Positions 9,247 to 17,155 of a DNA stretch of 27,521 bases are shown here, one piece after another; position 1 is the first letter of the stretch, and the number at the start of each line of letters is the position of its first letter. The stretch is from the NCBI GenBank assembly GCA_035301605.1, contig DATGTY010000086.1, positions 1 through 27,521 on the forward strand, in the 5' to 3' direction. Source of the DNA: Chitinophagaceae bacterium (GTDB lineage Bacteria > Bacteroidota > Bacteroidia > Chitinophagales > Chitinophagaceae). A model generated the notes under the pieces. That model had not been told where the DNA came from and ran no database searches. It saw only the letters and a list, made by a program, of their open reading frames with translations. Made by a program: the position numbers and the translations under genes.

Positions 9247-9881
9247 CTGTTTCTATTTTTGTGTTTGTGTCTGTTTTTTCCGTTGTTTCTACCTCCTTTA
9301 TGAGAACGACTTCTTTTTCTGTTGGGGGTGTTAAATAGATTGTCCGGCAGTTGCAGACTATGGTCATTTTCATATTGAAGCTTTCCGTTGGTAATTTCAG
9401 AAAGCTCGGCTCGAATCATATCATCGTGCATTTCATCTTTATGCCAGGAGGCATAAGCTAATTTCATGTAGTAGCCGATGTATTGAATTAGTTCATTCTT
9501 TTTCTCGGAATCCTCTTCAAGTAAGGCCTTTTTTATTTCATTTTCAAGATTCTTTCCAAGATGTTTTGCTTTCGGATGATGTTTGGGGTAAGGTAAAGGA
9601 TCCGGATGTTTACTTAAGGTTGCGTTAGTTGGAATGGGATACGGGGATTCTACTTTCAATTGAAAATCTGATATTAAGAATAAATGATCCCAAAGTTTAT
9701 GACGCCAATCTTCTACATTCCTGAGATGGGGATTCAGTCGCCCCATTAATTCAATTACTGCTTCTGTATTCTTCTGGCGTTTCTTATTGTCCTCAATGGT
9801 GAGTAGGTATTCAACCATCTTCTGCACATTTCGACCATATTCTCTGATAGCCAAATGATTTCTTGTTGTATTATATTCCAT
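9243..9881 (-). CDS. DUF4290-family protein with a basic C-terminal tail
   Basis: MEYNTTR...REYGRNVQKMV, HKLWDHLF and PYP motifs match my recollection of the conserved Bacteroidota protein found upstream of murA. 4-bp ATGA-type overlap with murA. Confidence 0.85.
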   Translation of the reverse strand: MEYNTTRNHLAIREYGRNVQKMVEYLLTIEDNKKRQKNTEAVIELMGRLNPHLRNVEDWRHKLWDHLFLISDFQLKVESPYPIPTNATLSKHPDPLPYPKHHPKAKHLGKNLENEIKKALLEEDSEKKNELIQYIGYYMKLAYASWHKDEMHDDMIRAELSEITNGKLQYENDHSLQLPDNLFNTPNRKRSRSHKGGRNNGKNRHKHKNRNR

Positions 9882-9910
9882 AATAAATTTATCTCTGCAA
9901 ACTTTATTGG

Positions 9911-9918
9911 CAAAAATA
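9911..9918 (-). promoter_or_regulatory. sigma70 -7 element (TATTTTTG) for the DUF4290-murA-gmk operon
   Basis: Exact TAnnTTTG, 29 nt upstream of ATG 9881. Confidence 0.5.
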
Positions 9919-9972
9919 AGGAAAATATGTGTCCTTATTGATAGGGAAGTTAAACCATTCTTTAAAATGGTG

Positions 9973-10443
9973 TTACTTTTCGGAAGAAATATTGATGCTT
10001 CTGTTCATGGTCTCTTCTAGAGAAATAATGGTTTCGGTACGTTCAATCCCATTAATTTTTTGCAGCTGATCATGTAGTATTGTGCGAAGTTGTTGTATGT
10101 TTTTACAAACAATCTCAACAAAAATACTCCAATTCCCCGTCGTATAATTTAAGCGAACAATTTCAGGAATGCCTTTTAATTCCTGGGCTACAGAATAGTA
10201 TAGGGAACTTTTTTCCAGGTATATTCCTACGAAAGCAATGACATCATAGCCTATCATTTCTAGATTGACTTGCATCTTGTTGCCTTTTATGATCCCTAAT
10301 TCATGTAGTTTTTTCATCCGCACATGTATCGTACCACCGGAAACAAGCAATTTTTTACCTAAATCAGCGTAAGAAACACTGGCATTCTGCATCATTTCAT
10401 TTATGATGCGTAAATCTAATTTGTCTATATGGGATGATGGCAT
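9973..10443 (-). CDS. asnC: Lrp/AsnC family transcriptional regulator (AsnC-like)
   Basis: IDKLDLRII, HTH VSGGTIHVRMKKL, YTTGNWSIF, IERTETIISL; closely follows the E. coli AsnC pattern. Confidence 0.9.
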   Translation of the reverse strand: MPSSHIDKLDLRIINEMMQNASVSYADLGKKLLVSGGTIHVRMKKLHELGIIKGNKMQVNLEMIGYDVIAFVGIYLEKSSLYYSVAQELKGIPEIVRLNYTTGNWSIFVEIVCKNIQQLRTILHDQLQKINGIERTETIISLEETMNRSINISSEK

Positions 10444-10562
10444 ATCGTTTAGTGTACTATTTGAAAAATTTCTAAAGAAAGGTCTAAAGTAGTAAAAATA
10501 TAAAAAGGATTCAATGTTTTGATTAAGTTTTTTGTAAAAATATAAAATCTACTGGATTGTGC

Positions 10563-10570
10563 TAAATTTG
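10563..10570 (+). promoter_or_regulatory. sigma70 -7 element (TAAATTTG) for trmB
   Basis: Exact TAnnTTTG ending 6 nt before ATG 10577. Confidence 0.55.
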
Positions 10571-10576
10571 CCTGCT

Positions 10577-11281
10577 ATGGGACACAAGAAATTAATACGA
10601 TTTGAAGAAATAAAGACCTTTCCTAATGTTTTGATATTTCCAAAAGATATTAAAGGTGAGTGGGCAACAAAACATTTTCAGAATAACTTACCTTTGACTT
10701 TAGAACTCGCGTGTGGTAAGGGAGAATATACTGTTGGGATGGCCAGACGATTTAAAAATAAAAATTTTGTAGGGGTCGATATAAAAGGAAATCGTATTTG
10801 GAAAGGAGCAAAGATTGCCTTGGAAGATGAAGTCTCTAATGCTGCTTTTTTGAGAATTCAAATTGACCATATAGCGGACTATTTTGCAGAGAATGAAGTC
10901 GCAGACATTTGGATTACATTTCCGGATCCTTTTCTGCGCAAATCGAAGGCTAAAAAAAGACTGACACATCTGCGCTTCTTACATCATTATAAGAAAATTT
11001 TACAGCCTGAAGGGCGTATTCATTTGAAGACGGATTCTCCGGAATTATATGAATTTACTCAAGAGGTTATTGCTGAAAATAATTGTATTCTGCATAAGAA
11101 TCTTTCGGATGTATATGCAAATGAGCCCAATGAACTGCTGAAAATTAAGACGTTTTATGAAAAAATGCATTTGGAAGATGGACGGACTATTCGTTATTTA
11201 GAATTTTCATTACCGGAAGTTTTGCCGGAATGGCCTAAGAAATTGAAGAAAGATGAATCAAGAGAAGAACAAGGTCAATAA
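10577..11281 (+). CDS. trmB: tRNA (guanine-N7)-methyltransferase
   Basis: LELACGKGEY, GVDIKGNRIW, FPDPFLRK..KKRLT, HLKTDS, TFYEK. Start set at MGHKKLIRF because the ORF-track start at 10559 overlaps the promoter motif. Confidence 0.95.
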   Translation: MGHKKLIRFEEIKTFPNVLIFPKDIKGEWATKHFQNNLPLTLELACGKGEYTVGMARRFKNKNFVGVDIKGNRIWKGAKIALEDEVSNAAFLRIQIDHIADYFAENEVADIWITFPDPFLRKSKAKKRLTHLRFLHHYKKILQPEGRIHLKTDSPELYEFTQEVIAENNCILHKNLSDVYANEPNELLKIKTFYEKMHLEDGRTIRYLEFSLPEVLPEWPKKLKKDESREEQGQ

Positions 11282-11603
11282 GCCTTTTTATGAAGCTGTT
11301 TATGCTGTAGTTCGTTCGGTTCCGGTCGGTAGGGTAACTACTTATGGAGCAGTAGCCGAGGCTACTGGAACGCGGCTTTCCGCTAGGATGGTAGGCTGGG
11401 CATTAAGTATGAGTCATCAGGCTCATCCGGCAGTTCCTGCGCAAAGAGTGGTTAATAGATTAGGTATTCTATCCGGAAGGCACCATTTTGCTACCCCTAC
11501 CTTAATGCAAGAGTTGCTAGAGCAGGAAGGGGTAAAAGTAAAAGATGATAAAGTAGTCCATTTTAAAGATAAATTCTGGGATCCTTTACATCCTGATGCC
11601 TAG
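11253..11603 (+). CDS. MGMT-family DNA-binding protein, alkyltransferase-like (no catalytic Cys)
   Basis: VPVGRVTTYGAVA, SARMVGWAL, PAQRVVN in place of PCHRV. 29-bp overlap with trmB. Confidence 0.88.
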   Translation: MNQEKNKVNKPFYEAVYAVVRSVPVGRVTTYGAVAEATGTRLSARMVGWALSMSHQAHPAVPAQRVVNRLGILSGRHHFATPTLMQELLEQEGVKVKDDKVVHFKDKFWDPLHPDA

Positions 11604-11629
11604 AGATTTCATTCTTTTGAAAAAGAATT

Positions 11630-12616
11630 TTAATAATCCGGATCGGAATAAATGACTTGTAAGACTGTTTGTCCCACGGCTTTAAGCGTTTTTTTACTAA
11701 TATTATCCATATTATCGGTAATTTTATGATGCCAGGGCATAAAATCGCCATTCCCTTGTAATCCAATAATATCCATGGTAGGAATACCGGTTATTCTGTT
11801 GACAAACTCATGATCATCGGTGATGCCGATATTTCCTATTTGTCTATATCTAAAGAAACTGGAATAGCCTATACTATTGGCTATATCCCAAACCATTTTT
11901 GATTCGGCATCGGCATAATGTCGTGTAATCATCTCTCTGAAAAAACGGGCTCCTTTTCCGCCAACCATGTCTAGCAGAATACCATATTTTGCCTGATATC
12001 CATTCTGTTTTGCTGTCTTTGACCAATATTGGGTTCCCAATCCCCAAGAATTGGCGTTGTTATTCACTCCGGCATCTTCTATGTCTGTAAATAAAATATC
12101 CACACCAATTTTTGGTTTTTCTTTCTCTAACTGTCGGGCAATTTCTAATAAAGCGCCAACACCACTTCCTCCATCGTCCGCACCATCAAAGTGTTGATCG
12201 GCTGTTTCCGGAACCGCATCTGCAAACTCGCGCGTATCCCAATGTGCCAGTAAAAGTATTCTTTCCTTGGCATCAGGATTAAAATGCCCGATAATGTTAA
12301 CAGATTTATAGGCGTTGTTAAGGCTATTTATTGTGGCTCGTTGTATGGTTGTTTGGTCTGCAAATGATTTCATCTTGGAAATGAGCCAGTCGGCACATGC
12401 TTTGTGTGCTTGTGTGTTGGGTATCCGTGGGCCAAAACTAACTTGCTTTTCAATATAGTGATAGGCACTGTCGGCATTAAAAGCAGGTGCTTTTGCTAAA
12501 GGCTGTTCCTTGGTTTTTTGTTGTTTGTTATTGGACTCTTTATTCCCTCCTGATTGACATGCAAATAAGAAAAGGCTTAAAGCGAGTATAGGGATAATCT
12601 TTACTTTATTATTCAT
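11630..12616 (-). CDS. M28-family lipoprotein, probable glutaminyl-peptide cyclotransferase (glutaminyl cyclase)
   Basis: Lipobox LFAC, FGPRIPNT, LAHWDTR, GADDGGSGV, DIEDAG, LLDMVG, TDDH, WHHKITD. ATG at 12616 preferred over TTG at 12625. Confidence 0.8.
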   Translation of the reverse strand: MNNKVKIIPILALSLFLFACQSGGNKESNNKQQKTKEQPLAKAPAFNADSAYHYIEKQVSFGPRIPNTQAHKACADWLISKMKSFADQTTIQRATINSLNNAYKSVNIIGHFNPDAKERILLLAHWDTREFADAVPETADQHFDGADDGGSGVGALLEIARQLEKEKPKIGVDILFTDIEDAGVNNNANSWGLGTQYWSKTAKQNGYQAKYGILLDMVGGKGARFFREMITRHYADAESKMVWDIANSIGYSSFFRYRQIGNIGITDDHEFVNRITGIPTMDIIGLQGNGDFMPWHHKITDNMDNISKKTLKAVGQTVLQVIYSDPDY

Positions 12617-12653
12617 AGGTGTCAAACTTATTAAGTTTATGTCTAAAATGTGA

Positions 12654-12661
12654 CAAAATTA
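12654..12661 (-). promoter_or_regulatory. sigma70 -7 element (TAATTTTG) for the M28/QC gene
   Basis: Exact TAnnTTTG, 37 nt upstream of ATG 12616. Confidence 0.5.
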
Positions 12662-12704
12662 AGATTTAAATTTTTTCTTGTGGTACAAAGGAATTTTTTC
12701 ATTG

Positions 12705-12769
12705 TAACTTTGTAAAAAAAATAACATTGGGATAAGAATTATAGAATAACTGAGATATTTATAAATTTG
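12705..12769 (+). promoter_or_regulatory. Two tandem sigma70 -7 elements (TAACTTTG 12705-12712; TAAATTTG 12762-12769) for the MBL gene
   Basis: Two exact TAnnTTTG matches upstream of ATG 12789. Confidence 0.45.
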
Positions 12770-12788
12770 AAACATTGTTGTAATTAAT

Positions 12789-13529
12789 ATGGCACAAATA
12801 ATTCCATTACTGGAAGGTAGTTTTACTGTAGATAAAAGTAAGGCTTTTCATCCTTTTGATACCGAAAAAGATAACCTTCAAGAACGACCTCATGGATCTT
12901 TATTGGTTGAAGTGCAGCCCTTTTTGTTAAAAACAGCGGAGGAGAATATTGTAATAGATACAGGCTTGGGATTTGAGAAAGATGGGTTATTACAATTGCA
13001 TTATAATCTAATTGAAAATGGAGTTCAGCCTGAGGATGTTGATAAAGTTTTGATGAGCCATCTACATAAAGATCATACCGGCGGTATGAGCAAGATAAAT
13101 GAAGAGGGCGAAAAAGAATTGAGTTTTCCGAATGCGACTTATTATATAAATAAAAAGGAATTGGATTACGCTCTGGATAATATTGGTTCTTCTTATGTAG
13201 AGGAGCAGCTTACTATCCTTGTGGATCATCCTCAAGTAACTTTCTTTGATGGAGATGGTGAAATTAATTCGTCTATAAGCCATAAATTATCAGGAGGACA
13301 TTGCCCTTATCATCAGGTTTTTTGGATTAAAGATGATGAGGATATTTATTTTTATGGAGGAGATGTAGCTCCCCAATATAGCCAGCTAAAACGTCGCTTT
13401 ATTGCCAAATACGATTTTGATGGAAGAAAAAGTATGGAATTGAGGCAAGAATATTTGGAAAAAGGAAAAAATAAAAACTGGATTTTTTTGTTTTATCATG
13501 ATATTAAAACGCCTTTTATTCAGCTGTAA
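12789..13529 (+). CDS. MBL-fold metallo-hydrolase (YtnP-like)
   Basis: IVIDTGLG, SHLHKDHTGG (HxHxDH), GGHCPYHQ, YGGDV, FYHD. Confidence 0.88.
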   Translation: MAQIIPLLEGSFTVDKSKAFHPFDTEKDNLQERPHGSLLVEVQPFLLKTAEENIVIDTGLGFEKDGLLQLHYNLIENGVQPEDVDKVLMSHLHKDHTGGMSKINEEGEKELSFPNATYYINKKELDYALDNIGSSYVEEQLTILVDHPQVTFFDGDGEINSSISHKLSGGHCPYHQVFWIKDDEDIYFYGGDVAPQYSQLKRRFIAKYDFDGRKSMELRQEYLEKGKNKNWIFLFYHDIKTPFIQL

Positions 13530-14403
13530 TGTAAGGAGTAATAATTTTTAAAGCGCTTGGCTCTATTTTTATATTTATTTCCCGGCTGTTATTGGAAATA
13601 GTATCTCCATCGGTTTGTATAGATTTAATTGTCCGATTGGAATATATCGTAAAATCTTTACAGAGAATCGATTTTATGTGTTTGGATTGATGTTCTGTGA
13701 AAGAGCTAATAACAATAGGAGGAAGTTCCCATGGAGTCAGGTGCTCAATAATCGAAATATCTAATAAACCATCGAATGGAGAAGCTGCCGGGGATAGCTT
13801 GAAATTGTATCCCATTTGATTGCTATTTGCAACATTAATCATAAAAGCCTGCCCCTTCTCTTTCTTGCCTTCTGTCTCAAATTGATAAGTGAAAGGGTGA
13901 TATTGTTGAAGGGCTTTTGGTATTGATTGTAAATAGCCAAGAAAACCACGCGTTTTACTCTTGTCAAAAAGGGATGAAACTACGGCATCAAATCCTACTC
14001 CGGCGTTGCTTAAGAAAAGATGATTATTAATAAAACCCACATCCATTTCTTTGATATGGAGTTGATTAATAATGCGAATAGCTTTCGGTACGAGTAATGG
14101 AATTTTTAAGCTACGAGCCAGGCCATTGCCGCTTCCTGTTGGAATAATTCCGAGTATAATGTTGGTATGCCATAATCCCTGCGCAATTTCATTTACAGAG
14201 CCATCTCCTCCTACAGCAACAACAATATCCACCTTGTCTGCTGCAGCCTGCCTGCTTAATTTGATGGCATGTCCTTTGTAATGGGTGAACGCAAGTTGGT
14301 ATTCAAAAATTGATTCATCAAGCCATCTATCGATTTGTCTGGAAATCCGTCTTTTGGCGGAAATACCGGATTTTTTGTTAATAATGACTAATACCTTTTT
14401 CAT
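13516..14403 (-). CDS. Diacylglycerol kinase family lipid kinase (YegS/BmrU-like)
   Basis: INKKSG, VAVGGDGSVNE, IIPTGSGNGLAR, GVGFDA, DGLLD, QTDGD. Confidence 0.92.
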   Translation of the reverse strand: MKKVLVIINKKSGISAKRRISRQIDRWLDESIFEYQLAFTHYKGHAIKLSRQAAADKVDIVVAVGGDGSVNEIAQGLWHTNIILGIIPTGSGNGLARSLKIPLLVPKAIRIINQLHIKEMDVGFINNHLFLSNAGVGFDAVVSSLFDKSKTRGFLGYLQSIPKALQQYHPFTYQFETEGKKEKGQAFMINVANSNQMGYNFKLSPAASPFDGLLDISIIEHLTPWELPPIVISSFTEHQSKHIKSILCKDFTIYSNRTIKSIQTDGDTISNNSREINIKIEPSALKIITPYITAE

Positions 14404-15705
14404 TTAGTGCTCCATTAAGCTCTTTTCTTTACCTATTTGGGCTGCAATTAATGGGGATTTTGGTGCTAAGAAAAACCCGGTCAGGCTAGCAAACATGATG
14501 GGCATAAAGAATCCGAAACCGGTTAAGGTTGATACCAAAAGGATTGTACTTATTGGTGTACGAGTAACACAAGAATTAACTGCTGCCATACAGCAAACAA
14601 CTGCAAGTCCAACATGTTGAAATTCGGGATTTATGGTAAATAGTAGAATTCCCAATGCCGCACCAATAAAAAATAAAGGGATAATAAAACCTCCACGCCA
14701 GCCGGAAGTTACGGTTAAAGCCATGGTAAATACTTTAGCAATAATGATGATAGCCAAAATACCAATCGTCCAGTGTTGGTGTAGTAATTCTATAAGTTCA
14801 TAGTGAGAAAAATAACGTGTAATGGGAAGTTTCCATGCAATAATACCAAGAATAATTCCACTGAGTGTAGTTTGGATATAGAAAGGCATTTTTGCTTTCT
14901 TAAAAGTGAGTTTTAGTGTTCTGAAACTCCAGATTATTCCCCAGCCTAAGATGGCACTAATAGCTCCATAACCCATAGCCCAGAAAAAATCCGTTACCAC
15001 GAATTGATAATCTATGTTAAATGGAAGATCCCAAACGGGGGCTAACCCCATTTGCGTAATAAGTTGATATACGATAAAACTTGTTCCACTGGCTACAAAG
15101 GAAGGAATTAATGCCTGGTAGTATTCTACCACGTGTTTGTGGTGCATTATTTCCAGAGCGAATAGACTTCCGCCCAATGGGGCGCCAAACATGGCAGTGA
15201 AACCGGTTGCCATGCCTGCAATACTCAAAGATCGGTATTCCTCTCCACGCAGTCTGAAGCGTTTGGCAAGCCAGGATCCGATAGATCCAATCACTTGTAC
15301 CATAGGCGCCTCTGGTCCCGCACTACTTCCTGCTCCAATTCCAATAATAGATGTCGCGATCATTGAGGGATTGTTCCTTGTATCTAAACGACCTCCATTA
15401 AATCGAATATTATTAACTACAATCTCCATTTCTCCCGGATCTCCTCTAAAATGTATAATTAATCCTATAATTAATCCGGCAGCACCCATGATTCCAATCA
15501 CTTGCCAAGCCAGGGTGTACTTTCCTGTAATTTCCATCAGGTAGTCAATCACATTCCAATAAATACCTGCAACTATTCCACCTACAATACCGAGTGCAAC
15601 CCAGGTAAAGAAGGATTTTGTAAAGACGAATGGATTAAGAGTCAGTGGTACATTAATCTGATTTCGTAACTTAATCCATTTCCGTCTACGAGAAAAATCG
15701 GACAT
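14404..15705 (-). CDS. ClC-family chloride channel/transporter (short form, no CBS domains)
   Basis: Many hydrophobic helices, GSSAGPEAP (gating-Glu motif), FGAPLGGSLFALE, GWRGGFIIP, VTRTPIS. Confidence 0.88.
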   Translation of the reverse strand: MSDFSRRRKWIKLRNQINVPLTLNPFVFTKSFFTWVALGIVGGIVAGIYWNVIDYLMEITGKYTLAWQVIGIMGAAGLIIGLIIHFRGDPGEMEIVVNNIRFNGGRLDTRNNPSMIATSIIGIGAGSSAGPEAPMVQVIGSIGSWLAKRFRLRGEEYRSLSIAGMATGFTAMFGAPLGGSLFALEIMHHKHVVEYYQALIPSFVASGTSFIVYQLITQMGLAPVWDLPFNIDYQFVVTDFFWAMGYGAISAILGWGIIWSFRTLKLTFKKAKMPFYIQTTLSGIILGIIAWKLPITRYFSHYELIELLHQHWTIGILAIIIIAKVFTMALTVTSGWRGGFIIPLFFIGAALGILLFTINPEFQHVGLAVVCCMAAVNSCVTRTPISTILLVSTLTGFGFFMPIMFASLTGFFLAPKSPLIAAQIGKEKSLMEH

Positions 15706-15744
15706 TTAATGATAGATATATATTATATAAATATTTTTGCTCTG

Positions 15745-15752
15745 CAAAGGTA
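15745..15752 (-). promoter_or_regulatory. sigma70 -7 element (TACCTTTG) for the ClC-DAGK pair
   Basis: Exact TAnnTTTG, 39 nt upstream of ATG 15705. Confidence 0.55.
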
Positions 15753-15850
15753 CGTGAGCTAATTTAAATATCAATAGGGTTCGGTAGGTGAATTTTGTAT
15801 TAATTTTAGGGTATAAGTCAGTTGTAATAAGGGATGTCTTAGTATTTTAT

Positions 15851-16870
15851 TTAAATGGATGCTCTTTTTATAAGTCTAAATGGGTTCTTTATTTTTGTAT
15901 ATTTTTTATCTAGAATTAATTCAGCTGTTTTGCGTCCCATTGCTTTGTGATCTGTAGAAATTACTGTAATACCCTCTAGTAAGATTTCCTTCAATGGGGT
16001 TTCATTGTAGGAAATAATTCCTATGTCTGTCCCAATTTTGAAATGATTGTCTTTACATTTCTTGATTAATTCTACCAAGTCTGTTTCACTTATAACAATA
16101 TAGACATCTCCTTTTTGAACAGGAGAATTTTCATTCATCTCTTCGAATATAGAATAGTCAAAACTATTTAACATACAGAAATTGCGGAATCCTGCTTTAA
16201 TTTCAGGAGGATAAGGAGTGAGTGTAGGATTGAGATAGATGAGTCTTTGGTATTTATCCAGTAGGGGTTTAGCCTCTTCAAGCGCATCTATGATATCTTT
16301 CCTGAAATCTTGATATATAGCGGTATAATTCTGTTCGAGTTGTGGCAAATCTCTATCCAGCAGGATTAGTTTTTCTCTTGGAATGCGGTTAATAATGTTG
16401 ATTGCTTTCTCTTCATTATCATAAAAATGAGGCATTACAACGTAATAATCATATCGACCAATATTATTTTTGATAATAATGTCTAGTATGTTGATATCCC
16501 AGTGATGGATTTTTAGATCTACTTTTGTATTTTTACCCAGTGATAGTCTCAATGCATCATATATCTGTTTTTTGTAGTTACTGAGTTTATTAAAAATTAA
16601 AAGTACTCTGGTAGGGATATTTACATCAGTTCTGTTTACAAAGTACCCTTTTCCTCTGACTGCTTCGATTATATTTTGCTCCTTTAATTCTTTGTAAGCC
16701 TTCTCTACAGTATCTCTAGATATTAAATGTTCTATACTTAACTGGTTAATTGAAGGCAATTTGTCTCCTTTATGAAAATCTCCATCACGAATCGCTTTAA
16801 TAAGGGAATCTGCAATAGAAAGATATTTGGGGGTATTGGGGGTAAAGGAGATGCGTATGTTTTTAGTCAT
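15851..16870 (-). CDS. GntR-family regulator with a C-terminal sugar-binding domain (Bacteroides FucR-like architecture)
   Basis: wHTH GDKLPSINQLS...SRDTVEKAYKEL...RGKGYFV; C-terminal domain with YQDF, GIISYNETP, GITVISTD, RLIKRAS. Start is ATG 16870 or TTG 16879. Confidence 0.9.
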   Translation of the reverse strand: MTKNIRISFTPNTPKYLSIADSLIKAIRDGDFHKGDKLPSINQLSIEHLISRDTVEKAYKELKEQNIIEAVRGKGYFVNRTDVNIPTRVLLIFNKLSNYKKQIYDALRLSLGKNTKVDLKIHHWDINILDIIIKNNIGRYDYYVVMPHFYDNEEKAINIINRIPREKLILLDRDLPQLEQNYTAIYQDFRKDIIDALEEAKPLLDKYQRLIYLNPTLTPYPPEIKAGFRNFCMLNSFDYSIFEEMNENSPVQKGDVYIVISETDLVELIKKCKDNHFKIGTDIGIISYNETPLKEILLEGITVISTDHKAMGRKTAELILDKKYTKIKNPFRLIKRASI

Positions 16871-17060
16871 GTTTGCCAATTTACAAAAATGGTCTCACAA
16901 GTTACGAATTAAAACTAATCTTTGAAAAAAGATTCTTTTTGGTTGGATGGCTAAACTGATAGTTTACTAGTATTTTGCCGCATATTTTTATTTTTTTTCT
17001 GTTCTTTTTTATTGCTCATACATTGATCTATGCTGGATTTAGATAAATTTTATGCAAGGA

Positions 17061-17080
17061 TACAAGACAGTGCAGGATAG
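17061..17080 (+). promoter_or_regulatory. Candidate operator, 10-bp direct repeat TACAAGACAG-TGCAGGATAG
   Basis: Degenerate version of the perfect tandem TACAGGATAG x2 at 26677-26696; lies in the divergent GntR/GH31 intergenic region. Confidence 0.5.
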
Positions 17081-17155
17081 TTTTTATTCAACCTTCCAAT
17101 ACTTTTAGTCTTTTAAATAATATAATTCTGTGTTTACTAAATTTTTATTGGGGTA

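Noticed and set aside
9954-9971. ACCATT-N6-AATGGT hairpin after asnC
   Set aside because: 6-bp AT-rich stem without a U-tract; too weak to call a terminator.
11611-11628. ATTCTTTT-GA-AAAAGAAT hairpin between the convergent ATL and QC genes
   Set aside because: Could be a weak bidirectional terminator, but it has only one G-C pair and may be chance.
12624-12638. AAACTTA-T-TAAGTTT palindrome in the QC gene leader
   Set aside because: Single, short and AT-rich, with no second copy noticed to support an operator.
15706-15850. Possible horizontal-transfer junction between the housekeeping block and the pectin locus
   Set aside because: No tRNA, integrase, transposase, flanking direct repeats or obvious compositional break.
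16952-17010. TAAACT-gat-AGTTTA palindrome and poly-T runs in the GntR/GH31 gap
   Set aside because: Expected by chance at this AT content; no evidence for an operator or phase variation.
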